Origin: Alphaproteobacteria bacterium
GTDB taxonomy: Bacteria > Pseudomonadota > Alphaproteobacteria > SHVV01
Assembly (NCBI GenBank): GCA_965261735.1
Contig: OZ253470.1
Coordinates: forward strand, 1,984,001-2,048,000
DNA: 64,000 nt
Direction of reading: 5' to 3'
Shown here: one piece after another, positions 50,713-61,112 of the stretch
How the letters are laid out: each line of letters starts with the position of its first letter
Position numbering within the stretch: the first letter of the stretch is position 1
Notes under the pieces: model-generated
Told to the model about the DNA's origin: nothing
The model's database searches: none
The model's input: only the letters and a program-made list of their open reading frames with translations
Position numbers and translations under genes: made by a program

Positions 50713-51817
50713 CTTGCCTATCCGGTTAACGCCCATGACCGCTACATGTAGGGTGCCGCCACTCTCCCGAGTAAAGCTCGGCATAGGTTGGAGCAGAGGT
50801 GTCGCCCGCGATGCCGAGCAATGAGCGGAAGGCGTTGAACGGGTAGAACCGCCTGTTGAAGCGGAAGGTGAACTCGTTGAGGTAGGCTTGTAGGTGCTGG
50901 TGGCTAACGCCGTGGTGGATACCGATCAGCCACGTCTTCAGGTTGGCGAAAACCAGATGGATGATCGGCAGGTATTGCTCGGCAACCTCTGGATCACCAC
51001 ACTCGGCAACAGCGAAGTGCTCATAGCCGCGCTTACCGAGGCCAGCATAGCCGCTCCAATCGTCAGTAACGATCAGCGATCGCGGCGCGACGGTGCTCTC
51101 GACGAACCCACAGAGCGACTCGGCGCTACGGTCGAGCACGACGGCGAGCCGAACGCGTCCGGCATAGCGTCCGTCTTTCCGGTTGTCGAGCTTGGTGCCC
51201 GGCTTTCGATGACGCACCTCGATGGCACAGGAGACGGGAACCTTGTGGTGAACACCACGGCCTTCCCCACGCGTTCGCCCGCCAACCCAGGTTTCGTCCA
51301 CCTCAACATGGTTCTTGGGCTGTCCACCGATCCTGTCTTGGTTGGGCCGCACCATGCCCGAGCGGAGCTTGTGGAGAATTTGAAAGGCCGTCTCGTAGCG
51401 CGAAAGACCAAGTTGCCGCTGAAACTGCACGGCGGACATGCCGGGCGTCTGACTGGCGACCAGATAAGCGGCCCAGAACCAGACGTTCAGCGGAGTGTGG
51501 CTACGCTCCATCACTGTTCCCACCGTCAGCCCGGTGTTCTGGCGGCACTTGCGGCAGCGCAGGACGCCAGGGCGGTTTTCAAAGTGGAACGGCTCTCCCG
51601 CCGTGCCGCAGTGCGGGCAGGCAAAGCCGTCTCCCCAGCGGGCTTTCTCCAGGTAGGCGGCGCAGGCCGCATCATCGGGGAAAAGTCGCTGGAACTCGGG
51701 TAGCGAATGCGGGAATGGGAGATCGGCGCGGTCGAGAACATCCATGGCGCGCTCCCCTATATCCGGGTTGCGCCCATTCTAGCCCTAGTGGGTGTGGGTG
51801 TAAACCGGATAGGCAAG
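50713..51817 (-). mobile_element. IS1595-family element, intact copy
   Basis: 23-bp imperfect IRs CTTGCCTATCCGGTTAACGCCCA / TGGGTGTAAACCGGATAGGCAAG; no target duplication seen. Confidence 0.95.
50726..51745 (-). CDS. IS1595-family transposase
   Basis: Zn ribbon CPHC..CRKC, VEVDETWVGG, VTDDWSGY, HHGVSHQHLQAYLNEFTFRFNRR. Confidence 0.95.
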   Translation of the reverse strand: MDVLDRADLPFPHSLPEFQRLFPDDAACAAYLEKARWGDGFACPHCGTAGEPFHFENRPGVLRCRKCRQNTGLTVGTVMERSHTPLNVWFWAAYLVASQTPGMSAVQFQRQLGLSRYETAFQILHKLRSGMVRPNQDRIGGQPKNHVEVDETWVGGRTRGEGRGVHHKVPVSCAIEVRHRKPGTKLDNRKDGRYAGRVRLAVVLDRSAESLCGFVESTVAPRSLIVTDDWSGYAGLGKRGYEHFAVAECGDPEVAEQYLPIIHLVFANLKTWLIGIHHGVSHQHLQAYLNEFTFRFNRRFYPFNAFRSLLGIAGDTSAPTYAELYSGEWRHPTCSGHGR

Positions 51818-51818
51818 G

Positions 51819-52160
51819 TTCTTCGGTCCGGGCTCGATGCTGACCGAGGAGGCAAAGCCCGCGGGCGCGCACGGGGGACGCACGGCCGAAGCGGAGCTTA
51901 CCGGCGGGACCCAGGTGACGTTCGCGCGCTCGGGCGTGACCGCGAGCTGGGACCCGGCGTGCGCGAGCATCCTGGACCTGGCGGAGCACCATGGCCTGAG
52001 CCTGCCCTACAGCTGCCGTTCGGGCATCTGCCACACGTGCGTGTGCGAAGTGACCGAGGGCGATGTCGAGTACCTGGACGAGCCCCAGGACGAACCGGAC
52101 GAAGGCCATGTTCTGATCTGCTGTTCCGTGCCGACGACCAACCTCGTGCTCGAGGCGTGA
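51819..52160 (+). pseudogene. C-terminal 2Fe-2S ferredoxin domain of a PDR/MOSC-type oxidoreductase, cut by IS1595
   Basis: Begins FFGPG (the end of an FNR domain, E-x-F-G-P) right at the IS end; SCRSGICHTC...LICCS.P. Confidence 0.75.
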
Positions 52161-52269
52161 GCGTGGAATTGTGGCCCCAGCGCCAGCCCCAACCAATGGG
52201 CTCCCTACTCCAAAGGCCCTGTGTTAGGCTCGGCCGCATAAAACCACCAAACCTCCACGGAGGATTGCC

Positions 52270-53280
52270 ATGACGACGCGCGGCTGGATCGTTGCTCTCG
52301 CCCTCGGCTGCTTGCCGCTGATGAGCCTGCCTGTGCACGCCGGGCCATGCGACGGGCCGGCGGAGGCCACGAAGGTCACGCTGCTGGGCGACTGGCTGCC
52401 CTGGGCCTCACAGGGGCTCTTCATCGCCGCCGAGCTCGAGGGTTACTACAAGGAAGAGGGGCTCGAGGTCGAGCTCATCTCGCCGGCAAACCCGACGGAC
52501 ACGATCAAGCCGCTGGGGACGCAAAAGGTCGAGTTCAGCCTGACTTATCTGCCGGATGTCATGCAGGCCCGCGAGCAGGGGATCCCCGTGATCAGCATCG
52601 CCGCCCTGCTGAGGCCGTTGCCGAGCGGGCTGGTGATCCCCGGTGATTCGGAGATCAAGTCCGCCAAAGACCTCAAGGGCAAGATTCTGGCGGTGAATTC
52701 GATTCCCTCGGCGCTGGCGGAGATGCGGACGTTGCTGAGCTCCGCCGGCCTGACCGAAAAGGACGTCAAGGTCATCGACCCGGGGTTTGGCGGCATTACG
52801 TTGCTGCTCGAGGGCAAGGTCGACGCGCTGTTCGGGCTCAGCATCGCCGATCCCTACATCCTCGACCCGATCTACAAGGAGCAGGGTCGGCCCCCGATCA
52901 GGTTCTTCCAGTACACGGACTACGGCGTCCCCAACAACTACTTCATGGTGATCGCCGCGAACGAGGATTGGACCAAGGCCCATCCCAACGCGACCTGCCG
53001 CTTCCTGCGCGCCAGCAGCCGCGGCCTCGATACCTGGCTCGCCGACCCGGAGCCGATCATTCAGGAGATCCTGCGGCGCAACGAGCTCTATACGCACCAG
53101 CAGCAAACGGACATCGCCGAGGGGACGCGCGCGAGCTGGAAAAAGGCGGACGGGACCGTGTTTGCGCAGGATCGTGCGGTCTGGGAGAAAGCACGGGACT
53201 GGGCCTTCGAGCACAAGCTCATCACCAAAAAGCCCGATCCGAGCACCTACTTCTCGAACGCCTTCCTGCCGCCAAGCTAG
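52270..53280 (+). CDS. NMT1/THI5-type ABC substrate-binding protein (orphan)
   Basis: Signal peptide, DWLPW, GYYKEEGLEVEL, DLKGK, DYGVPNNY. Confidence 0.88.
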   Translation: MTTRGWIVALALGCLPLMSLPVHAGPCDGPAEATKVTLLGDWLPWASQGLFIAAELEGYYKEEGLEVELISPANPTDTIKPLGTQKVEFSLTYLPDVMQAREQGIPVISIAALLRPLPSGLVIPGDSEIKSAKDLKGKILAVNSIPSALAEMRTLLSSAGLTEKDVKVIDPGFGGITLLLEGKVDALFGLSIADPYILDPIYKEQGRPPIRFFQYTDYGVPNNYFMVIAANEDWTKAHPNATCRFLRASSRGLDTWLADPEPIIQEILRRNELYTHQQQTDIAEGTRASWKKADGTVFAQDRAVWEKARDWAFEHKLITKKPDPSTYFSNAFLPPS

Positions 53281-53297
53281 GCGAGGCTGCACCGCCC

Positions 53298-53669
53298 TCA
53301 GGGGTCGCGGCGTTTGCCCTCGCGCTCTAGGGCGGCGAGGTAGTCGCGCCACAGCTCCTCGTGGCGGCGGCCGATCTCGTACAGGTAGTCCCACGAGTAG
53401 ATGCCGGTGTCGTGCAGGTCGTCGAAGAAGATGCGCACGGCGTAGTGGCCGACCGGCTCCAGGCGCGTGATGCCGACGTGACGGCGGCCGGCGACGGTGA
53501 TGCGCTGGTCGGGAGCATGGCCCTTGACCTCGGCCGAAGGGCTCTCGACGCGCAGGAACTCGGCCGGGTAGGTCAGGGTCTCGCCGCCCTCGAAGTCGAT
53601 CTCGAGGCGCTTTTCGGCGCTGACGAGCCGCACCTCAAGGGGCCGCGGTACGCCGTCGGCCGGGTTCAT
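53298..53669 (-). CDS. DUF971 (gamma-butyrobetaine hydroxylase N-terminal-like) protein
   Basis: [39 protein letters not shown]. Confidence 0.92.
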   Translation of the reverse strand: MNPADGVPRPLEVRLVSAEKRLEIDFEGGETLTYPAEFLRVESPSAEVKGHAPDQRITVAGRRHVGITRLEPVGHYAVRIFFDDLHDTGIYSWDYLYEIGRRHEELWRDYLAALEREGKRRDP

Positions 53670-53887
53670 TCGGGATCGACGGGCGGCGCGGCTGGCGCGT
53701 CCTCGTCGAGCCGCCGCGCCTCCTCGATCAGCATGATGGGAATGCCGTCGCGGATCGGATAGGCGAGGCCGGCCTGCTCGCTCACCAGCTCCTGGGCCTC
53801 GCGGTCGTAACGCAGCGGCCCCTTGGTCAAGGGGCACACGAGGATCTCCAGGAGCTTGGGATCGACCTCGCCAGTGGGCTCGTTCAT
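53666..53887 (-). CDS. Trm112/UPF0434 family protein
   Basis: [17 protein letters not shown]...[11 protein letters not shown]. Confidence 0.93.
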   Translation of the reverse strand: MNEPTGEVDPKLLEILVCPLTKGPLRYDREAQELVSEQAGLAYPIRDGIPIMLIEEARRLDEDAPAAPPVDPE

Positions 53888-53898
53888 TGCCGATGTCC

Positions 53899-54561
53899 TC
53901 AGTGCAGGGGGGAGTCTTCGCTGCCCGACTCGAGCACGGCCATCTCGATGAGGCTGGTGACGAGTTCGCCGCGCACGCCGAGCGTCGGCGCCTCGAGCAG
54001 GGCCTGCTTCTCGCGCGGCTCGAAGGGGCACATCATCGACAGCGAGGTGACCAGCGTCGCGCTACCGACCTTCTCAAGGGTCTCCCAGTCGGCCTTGATC
54101 TGGTGCGAGTCGAGGAACGGACGCAGCGCGCGCAACAGGCGCTCGCGGTCGACGTCGCCTTCGTCCTCGGGCTCGAGGTCGTGGCCGAACGAGTCGTAGG
54201 AGGCGATGACCTGGCGGTACATGGTGGTGGCGGACAGCTCCTCGACGATGGAGAAGCGGCATACGCCCTTGAGCGCGATGAGGTAGCGCCCGTCGTCGGT
54301 CTCGCGGAAGGCGGTCATGCGGCCCGCGCATCCGATGCCGTAGACGGCCGGGGCCTGGCTACGCGCGCGCGGCTCGGTCGGCTGAACCATGCCGATGATG
54401 CGCGCCTCGGTCAGCGAATCGCGCACCATTTCGAGGTAGCGCGGCTCGAAGATGTTGAGCGGCAGGCGCCCGCCGGGCAGCAGCACGACACCCGCGAGCG
54501 GGAAGATGGCGAGCGTGCGCGGAAGGTCCGCGAGGATCGGCGGCGGCCCCTCTTCGCTCAT
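53899..54561 (-). CDS. LON peptidase substrate-binding domain protein
   Basis: [38 protein letters not shown]. Confidence 0.92.
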   Translation of the reverse strand: MSEEGPPPILADLPRTLAIFPLAGVVLLPGGRLPLNIFEPRYLEMVRDSLTEARIIGMVQPTEPRARSQAPAVYGIGCAGRMTAFRETDDGRYLIALKGVCRFSIVEELSATTMYRQVIASYDSFGHDLEPEDEGDVDRERLLRALRPFLDSHQIKADWETLEKVGSATLVTSLSMMCPFEPREKQALLEAPTLGVRGELVTSLIEMAVLESGSEDSPLH

Positions 54562-55469
54562 GCGAACAGCAGCGAGGACAGTTGGCGCCGCCCCGCGACC
54601 GTCATCTCGTGCGTCGGGCCGAGCACGTCGAACAACTTGACGAGTTGCTGGCGGGCGGCCTGATCGTTCCACTCCCTGTCGCGGCGGAAGATCTCGAGCA
54701 ACTCGTCGATCGCAGCCTGGTGCTCGCCCGCACTGATCAGCGCGTTGGCGAGGTTGAGCCGCGCCTCGTGGTTGTCGGGCTCTCCCGCCACCTGGGCGCG
54801 CAGATCGTCGACCTCACCCGCCTCGCCCGCCGCCTCGGCGAGCGAAACGGCGGCCTTGGCGCTGGTCACCTCGGCATGGTTGGCGTGCTCGGGCGGTACC
54901 ATGGCGAGGGTCTGCTCGGCGAGCTGAAGGTCGCCGCGCCCGACATAGCAGCGGGCGAGGCCGGCCAACGCCGAGGGGTTGCTGGTTTCATGCTTCAAGA
55001 CTTGGCCGTAGATGTTGGCGGCGGCGCCGAGATCGCCGGCATCCAGCGCGCTGCGGGCCTGCTCCAGCGCCTCGTCGACCGGCGAGGGGCCCGGCGCGCC
55101 GCCGAGCCGCTCGATGAACGCCTTGACCTCGCTCTCGGGCAGAGCGCCGATGAAACCATCGACCGGCTGGCCGTTGCTGAACGCGAACACCGCGGGTATC
55201 GACTGGACACGGAGCTGCTGCGCGATCTGCGGGTTCTCGTCGATGTTGATCTTGACCATCCGCACCGATCCCGCGGCGCCCTTGACGACCTTCTCCAACG
55301 TCGGGGTCAGCTGCTTGCAGGGCCCGCACCACGGCGCCCAGAAGTCGACGATCACCGGTACTTCCTGGGACGCCAGCAACACGTCCTCCTGGAAGGTGGC
55401 GGTGCTGCTGTCCTTGATGAGGTTACCGCTCGGGCCGGTGGGCGGGTTGATATCGATCAGATTCTCCAT
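54558..55469 (-). CDS. cnoX: Thioredoxin-TPR chaperedoxin (YbbN/CnoX)
   Basis: DFWAPWCGPCKQL followed by a TPR domain ending RRQLSSLLF. Confidence 0.9.
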   Translation of the reverse strand: MENLIDINPPTGPSGNLIKDSSTATFQEDVLLASQEVPVIVDFWAPWCGPCKQLTPTLEKVVKGAAGSVRMVKINIDENPQIAQQLRVQSIPAVFAFSNGQPVDGFIGALPESEVKAFIERLGGAPGPSPVDEALEQARSALDAGDLGAAANIYGQVLKHETSNPSALAGLARCYVGRGDLQLAEQTLAMVPPEHANHAEVTSAKAAVSLAEAAGEAGEVDDLRAQVAGEPDNHEARLNLANALISAGEHQAAIDELLEIFRRDREWNDQAARQQLVKLFDVLGPTHEMTVAGRRQLSSLLFA

Positions 55470-55628
55470 GGTCGTCCCCCTATGCGCGGCGCTGTGCCTT
55501 AAGTGGCGCCGCTGCGGCGTTTCGGCAAGGCCTCGGCCCGCGGCCGCGCCTATTGTAGCAAATCCGGGCCGAGCTGAAACGGCAAGCGCGCCGCCGCCGG
55601 GCGGCCAGGGTGGTTATGGAGGCCGCCG

Positions 55629-56834
55629 CTAGGCCGCGTTTTCCGCCGCTTCCGGCACCTCGTCACCCGCGTGCGCGGCCAGATAATCGAGGGCCGCCTG
55701 TACGCCGCCCTTGCGATGGGGCACGCCGGCTACCGCCAGTCCCATCTCGACGCCGCTCAGGGTCCCGGCGAGCATAAGATCGTTGAAGGCGCCGAGATGG
55801 CCGATGCGAAAGACCTTGCCCGCGAGCTTGCCGAGCCCAGCGCCGAGCGACATGTTGAAGTGCTCGAGGATAACGCCGCGCACGCGATCCGCATCGTGGC
55901 CCGCGGGGGGCACGACCGCGGTCACCGAGGCGCTGTGCTCGGACGCGTCGCTCGCCTGGATCTCGAGGCCCCAGGCGCCGACCGCACGGCGCGTGGCCTC
56001 GCCATGACGTTGATGGCGGGCGAACACCGAATCGAGCCCCTCCTCGTCCAACATGCGGAGTGCCTCGCTGAGGCCGAAGAGCAGATTCGTGGCCGGCGTA
56101 TAGGGGTACATGCCGCTCTTGTTGGCCGCCAGGACCGGCCCCCAATCCCAGAAGGCACGCGGCAGGCGCGCGCTCGCCGCGGCCGCGAGCGCCCTCTCGC
56201 TGACGGCGTTGAAGGCGAGGCCGGGCGGCAGCATCAGGCCCTTCTGCGAGCCGCCGATGGCCACGTCGATGCCCCACTCCGCGGCCTGCATCGCGGTCGC
56301 GCCGAGAGAGGAGACGACGTCGGCCATGAGCAGTGCCGGATGGCCCGAAGCGGCGATGGCCTTGCCGATCTCGGCAAGACGGCTGGTGACCCCGGTGGAC
56401 GTCTCATTGTGCACCACGCAGACCGCCTTGATGTCGTGCCCGCGGTCCTCGGCGAGCTTGGAGCGGACGAGGTCCGGATCGATGCCGGTGCGCCAGTCCC
56501 CGGCCACGAAGTCGACCTCGAGCCCGAAAGCGCGGGCCATCGCGCACCACAGGGTCGCGAAGTGTCCGGTCTCGAACATCAGCACCCTATCGCCGGGCGA
56601 GCAGGTGTTGACGAGGGCCGCCTCCCAGCCGCCGGTGCCCGAGCCCGGAAAGATCAGCACCGGCCCTTCGGATGCGAAGAGGCGCCGCGTGCCTTCGATC
56701 ACCTCAAGGGCGAGCGCTGCGAACCCCGGGCCGCGATGATCGATGGTCGGCGCCGACATGGCGGCGAGGATACGGTCGGGGACGTTGGTCGGCCCCGGGA
56801 CCTGGAGAAAGTGGCGTCCCTCGGACGGTCGCAT
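55629..56834 (-). CDS. Class V aminotransferase, serine-glyoxylate/alanine-glyoxylate type
   Basis: GRHFLQVPGPTNVPDRIL, SGTGGWEAA, HNETSTG, GSQKGLMLPPG, FRIGHLG. Confidence 0.93.
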   Translation of the reverse strand: MRPSEGRHFLQVPGPTNVPDRILAAMSAPTIDHRGPGFAALALEVIEGTRRLFASEGPVLIFPGSGTGGWEAALVNTCSPGDRVLMFETGHFATLWCAMARAFGLEVDFVAGDWRTGIDPDLVRSKLAEDRGHDIKAVCVVHNETSTGVTSRLAEIGKAIAASGHPALLMADVVSSLGATAMQAAEWGIDVAIGGSQKGLMLPPGLAFNAVSERALAAAASARLPRAFWDWGPVLAANKSGMYPYTPATNLLFGLSEALRMLDEEGLDSVFARHQRHGEATRRAVGAWGLEIQASDASEHSASVTAVVPPAGHDADRVRGVILEHFNMSLGAGLGKLAGKVFRIGHLGAFNDLMLAGTLSGVEMGLAVAGVPHRKGGVQAALDYLAAHAGDEVPEAAENAA

Positions 56835-57041
56835 GGCTCTATCGAATCGTTGTGAGAAAAACGCCCGCTGGCCCGCGTGGCGTGCGCGGCGGCCGGGGAA
56901 CATCGAGCGCTGGGCTTAACATGGGCCTTTCGCCGATGCAATCGCGTTTGCGGTGCGCCGCTCCCCTGTGCCGCCGTTGCGCCGGTCGGCTCGCCGCGCA
57001 TACTCTCCGCCCAACCCGGCCGCCCACGAAGTTGTGACCTT

Positions 57042-59999
57042 ATGAGCCCACACGCCCCACCTCCCGGCCGCGCGCGCGCGGCCAGCCCGGGTGAGCCCGC
57101 GTTGGCGGCGCGGCTTGCCGCCGAGCTCGAGGGCGAGGTGCTGTTCGATCCATGGAGCCGGGGTCGCTACGCCACCGATGCCTCGATCTACCAGATCGAG
57201 CCCATCGGCGTGGTCGTGCCGAGGACGACGGCCGACGTGGCACGCGCTATCGCGATCTGCGCCGATGCGAAGGTGCCGGTCCTGCCGCGCGGCGCCGGGA
57301 CCTCGCAGGGCGGTCAGGCGGTCGGCGCGGCCGTGGTCCTCGACACCAGCAAGTACCTGACCCGCGTGCTCGCGGTCGACAAGGAGGCGGGCACCGCGAC
57401 CGTCGAGCCGGGCGTCGTGCTCGAGACGCTGAACCAAAGGCTCGCGCCGACCGGCCTCCACTTTCCCGTCGACATCTCGACCGCCAACCGGGCGACGATC
57501 GGCGGCATGGTCGGCAACAATGCGTGCGGCGCACGCTCGATCCGCTACGGCAACATGGTGCACAACGTGCGCGCCATTGACGCGGTGCTGGCCGACGGGG
57601 CTACCCACCACTTCGGCGCCGTGCCGGCCGACCTCGGCGCGCTCGACGCACCGCCCGCGACCATCGAGCTGATCGGCCGGATGCGCGCGCTCGCACGCCG
57701 CGAGGGCGCCGAGATCGAGGCGCGCTTCCCCAAGCTGCTGCGCCGCGTCGGTGGCTACAACATCGACACCATCGATGCCGGCGACCACAACATGGCTCAC
57801 CTCCTGGTGGGCTCGGAGGGTACGCTTGGCTGTGCCACCCGGATCACGCTCGACCTCGCACCCGTACCGCCGCACCGCATCCTCGGCGTGTGCCACTTCG
57901 CGAGCCTGCATGCGGCGATGGCGGCGACCAAGCCGATAGTCGCGCTCGGGCCCTGCGCCGTCGAGCTCGTCGACGGTACGATGATCGAGATGGCCCGCGC
58001 CCAGCCGCGGTTCGCGGCCACGGTCGAGGCTTTCGTGCGCGGCCGGCCCGAGGCCGTTCTATTGGTAGAGTTCGCCGGCGAGGACGCGGCCGAGCCGCGC
58101 CGGGGCCTCGCCCGGCTCCAGGAGTTGATGGCGGACCTCGGCGCCGAGGGCGCGCTCGTGCGCGTGAGCGAGCCCGCCCTGCAGCATGGCATCTGGGAGA
58201 TGCGCAAGGCTGCGCTCAATATCCTCATGGCGATGAAGGGCGACGGCAAGCCGATCTCTTTCGTCGAGGATTGCGCGGTAGCGCTCGACGATCTGCCGGA
58301 ATACACCGCGCGGCTCAACGCCATCTTCGCGAAGCACGGCACCCGCGGGACGTGGTACGCCCATGCCTCGGTCGGCACCCTCCACGTCCGCCCCATCCTC
58401 AACATGAAGGACGAGGCGGACGTGCGCAAGATGCGCGCTATCGCCGAGGAATGCTTCGCCATGGTGCGCGCCTACAAGGGGTCGCACTCGGGCGAGCATG
58501 GCGATGGACTGGTGCGCTCGGAGTTTCACGAGGCGATGTTCGGGGAGCGCATCGTGCGCGCGTTCGAGGAGGTCAAGGACGCCTTCGACCCGGGTGGCCT
58601 GTTCAACCCCGGCAAGATCGTGCGCGCCTCTCGCATGGACGACCGGGCGCTGTTCCGCTACCCGCCGGGTTATGGGGTGCAGGCAACAACCACCGTGCTC
58701 GATTGGTCGGACGGGCCCGGGCTCGGCGCCGCGGTCGAGATGTGCAACAACAACGGCGCCTGCCGCAAGCGCGACGCCGGCGTGATGTGCCCCTCCTACC
58801 GGGTCACCGGCGACGAGGTCCACTCGACGCGGGGCCGCGCCAACTCCCTGCGCCTCGCGCTGTCGGGCCAGCTCGGCGCCGAGGCGCTCACCTCGGACGA
58901 AATGTTCGCGACCATGGCACTGTGCGTCGGCTGCAAGGGCTGTACGCGCGAATGCCCGACCGGCGTCGACATGGCGCGCATGAAGATCGAGTTCCTCCAT
59001 CACTACCGCCGGCGCCACGGGCTGAGCTGGCGCGACCGGCTCATCGCCTATCTGCCGCGCTATGCGCCGTTCGCTGCCCGCCTCGCGCCGGCGCTCGGGG
59101 TGCGCGATGCGGTGCCCGGATTCGCGCGCCTGAGCGAGCGAGCGCTCGGCTTTGCCGCCGCCCGTCCCTGGCCGCGCTGGCGCCGGGACCGCTTCCGCGG
59201 GAGCGTCGGCGCGCGGGGAGCGGGGCGCGAGGTGGCCCTCTTCGCCGATACCTTCAGCACCTACTTCGAGCCCGACAACGCGCGCGCCGCCGTACGGGTC
59301 CTTGAGGCGGCGGGCTACCGCGTGGCGACGCCCGCCGCGGCCGATGGCGGCCGGCCGCTGTGCTGCGGTCGCACGTTCCTCGCGGCCGGGCTCGTGGACG
59401 AGGCGCGCACCGAGGCGCGGCGTACGCTTGCGGCGCTGGCCCCGTACGCCGCGCGCGGCACCCCCATCGTCGGCCTCGAGCCCGCGTGCCTGCTGACCCT
59501 GCGCGACGAGTACACGGTGCTGCTAGACGATACGGAGCCGGTGGCCGCCCGCGCGCTCCTGTTCGAGGAGTTCCTCATCGCCGAGGGTGGTGCCGCGCGG
59601 CTTCGCCTGCGGCCCGTGGCCACGAAGGCGCTGGTCCACGGCCACTGCCACCAGAAGGCGCACCGCGCCTTCGCGCCCGTAACGGCGCTGCTGGCGCGCA
59701 TCCCCGACCTCGAGGTCGAGGCCATCGAGTCGAGCTGCTGCGGCATGGCCGGCGCCTTCGGCTACGAGGCCGAACATTTCGAGGTCTCGATGGCGATGGC
59801 CGAGCTCGCGCTGCTGCCGGCGGTGCGCGCGGCCGATCCGGCGGCGCTGCTGGTCGCCGACGGCACCAGCTGTCGCCAGCAGATCCGCGATGGCACGGGA
59901 CGCGAAGCGCTGCATGCGGCCCGCGTGCTCGACATGGCTCTCGATACGCGGAGCCCCGGCGGCACCGCCCTTGCAAACGCGGAGCCGTCGTCTCTATGA
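57042..59999 (+). CDS. FAD-linked oxidase fused to 4Fe-4S/CCG domains (YdiJ/GlcDF-like 2-hydroxyacid dehydrogenase)
   Basis: YATDASIY, RGAGTSQGGQ, GSEGTL, SGEHGDG, CNNNGAC, CVGCKGCTRECP, CCGMAGAFG. Confidence 0.92.
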   Translation: MSPHAPPPGRARAASPGEPALAARLAAELEGEVLFDPWSRGRYATDASIYQIEPIGVVVPRTTADVARAIAICADAKVPVLPRGAGTSQGGQAVGAAVVLDTSKYLTRVLAVDKEAGTATVEPGVVLETLNQRLAPTGLHFPVDISTANRATIGGMVGNNACGARSIRYGNMVHNVRAIDAVLADGATHHFGAVPADLGALDAPPATIELIGRMRALARREGAEIEARFPKLLRRVGGYNIDTIDAGDHNMAHLLVGSEGTLGCATRITLDLAPVPPHRILGVCHFASLHAAMAATKPIVALGPCAVELVDGTMIEMARAQPRFAATVEAFVRGRPEAVLLVEFAGEDAAEPRRGLARLQELMADLGAEGALVRVSEPALQHGIWEMRKAALNILMAMKGDGKPISFVEDCAVALDDLPEYTARLNAIFAKHGTRGTWYAHASVGTLHVRPILNMKDEADVRKMRAIAEECFAMVRAYKGSHSGEHGDGLVRSEFHEAMFGERIVRAFEEVKDAFDPGGLFNPGKIVRASRMDDRALFRYPPGYGVQATTTVLDWSDGPGLGAAVEMCNNNGACRKRDAGVMCPSYRVTGDEVHSTRGRANSLRLALSGQLGAEALTSDEMFATMALCVGCKGCTRECPTGVDMARMKIEFLHHYRRRHGLSWRDRLIAYLPRYAPFAARLAPALGVRDAVPGFARLSERALGFAAARPWPRWRRDRFRGSVGARGAGREVALFADTFSTYFEPDNARAAVRVLEAAGYRVATPAAADGGRPLCCGRTFLAAGLVDEARTEARRTLAALAPYAARGTPIVGLEPACLLTLRDEYTVLLDDTEPVAARALLFEEFLIAEGGAARLRLRPVATKALVHGHCHQKAHRAFAPVTALLARIPDLEVEAIESSCCGMAGAFGYEAEHFEVSMAMAELALLPAVRAADPAALLVADGTSCRQQIRDGTGREALHAARVLDMALDTRSPGGTALANAEPSSL

Positions 60000-60032
60000 T
60001 CGGGACGCGGGCGCTTCGGCGCCCCTCGGAGC

Positions 60033-60107
60033 GCGGGCGTAGCTCAGGGGTAGAGCACAACCTTGCCAAGGTTGGGGTCGTGGGTTCGAATCCCATCGCC
60101 CGCTCCA
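60033..60107 (+). tRNA. tRNA-Gly(GCC)
   Basis: GCGGGCG/CGCCCGC acceptor stem, anticodon loop TT-GCC-AA, GGTTCGAATCC, encoded CCA. Confidence 0.97.
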
Positions 60108-60188
60108 ACGTTTCAGAGTAAAAACAAGGCGATTATTAACTTGACATAAGACGCGGTGATCCCCATATCTGGAACATAGGGGGTCACA

Positions 60189-61043
60189 ATGACTACGTTT
60201 TACGAGTTTCAGAAGCAGTTTCCGGACGATGAAGCATGCCTTCACCATATTATGGTCGCGCGTTACGGAAGCACTACGATCGACTGCCCAAAGTGCGGCG
60301 CGTTTGGCAAGTTCTACCGCATGACGAAGGATCGCGGGTACGTATGCCAGCATTGCGGCCACCACCTGCATCCGACGGCCGGGACATTCATGCACCGGAC
60401 GCGCCTGCCTCTGCACAAGTGGTTCTTCGCGATGTTCCTGTTCTCGACCTCGCGCCATGGTGTGGCCGCCAAGGAACTGGAACGCCAGTTGGACGTGTCC
60501 TATCCGACCGCTTGGCGCATGGCTCGGCTGATCCGCGAGCACATGGCGGAGACTGACGGCGAGCACCCGCTTGATGGCGAGGTAGAAGCGGACGAAACCT
60601 ATGTCGGCGGGCGGACAACTGGCGGGAAGCGCGGCCGCGGAGCGCCGAATAAGACAGTCGTATTCGGGATGCTGGAGCGCGACGGCGACGTGATGGCGAA
60701 CGTAGTTCCGAACGTTCGCAAGCGAACCTTGCAGCCAATCGTTATCGAAAACGTGAAGTTGGGTAGCACGATCCATACGGACGAACTGCGGTCCTACTTT
60801 GGTTTGGGACGGGCAGGATACCGGCATGAAACCGTGAACCACAGCGCCGGTGAGTATGTGAGCGGCTCTAGCCATGTGAACGGGATCGAGGGGTTTTGGG
60901 CGCGGCTGAAGCTGTCGATACGCGGGACCCACGTTCACGTTTCCCGGAAGCACCTTCAGAAGTACGTGAAGGAGTTTGAGTATCGCTACAACCGCCGGAA
61001 ACGGCCCGACGCGATCTTCCGTGATCTGGTTTCGAGCTTCTAA
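60189..61043 (+). CDS. IS1595-family transposase (distinct from the 50726 type)
   Basis: CPKC..CQHC, VEADETYVGG, IHTDE, HVNGIEGFW, YVKEFEYRYNRR. Confidence 0.95.
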   Translation: MTTFYEFQKQFPDDEACLHHIMVARYGSTTIDCPKCGAFGKFYRMTKDRGYVCQHCGHHLHPTAGTFMHRTRLPLHKWFFAMFLFSTSRHGVAAKELERQLDVSYPTAWRMARLIREHMAETDGEHPLDGEVEADETYVGGRTTGGKRGRGAPNKTVVFGMLERDGDVMANVVPNVRKRTLQPIVIENVKLGSTIHTDELRSYFGLGRAGYRHETVNHSAGEYVSGSSHVNGIEGFWARLKLSIRGTHVHVSRKHLQKYVKEFEYRYNRRKRPDAIFRDLVSSF

Positions 61044-61112
61044 TCGCCGCGTCCAGAAGAGCGTGAAACCGGCGCCACGTAACATCAAGAGGGTAGTGAT
61101 CATTGTTGGTGG

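Noticed and set aside
52161-52269. TPP riboswitch upstream of the NMT1/THI5 gene
   Set aside because: The CTGAGA and ACCTG..CAG core motifs are absent
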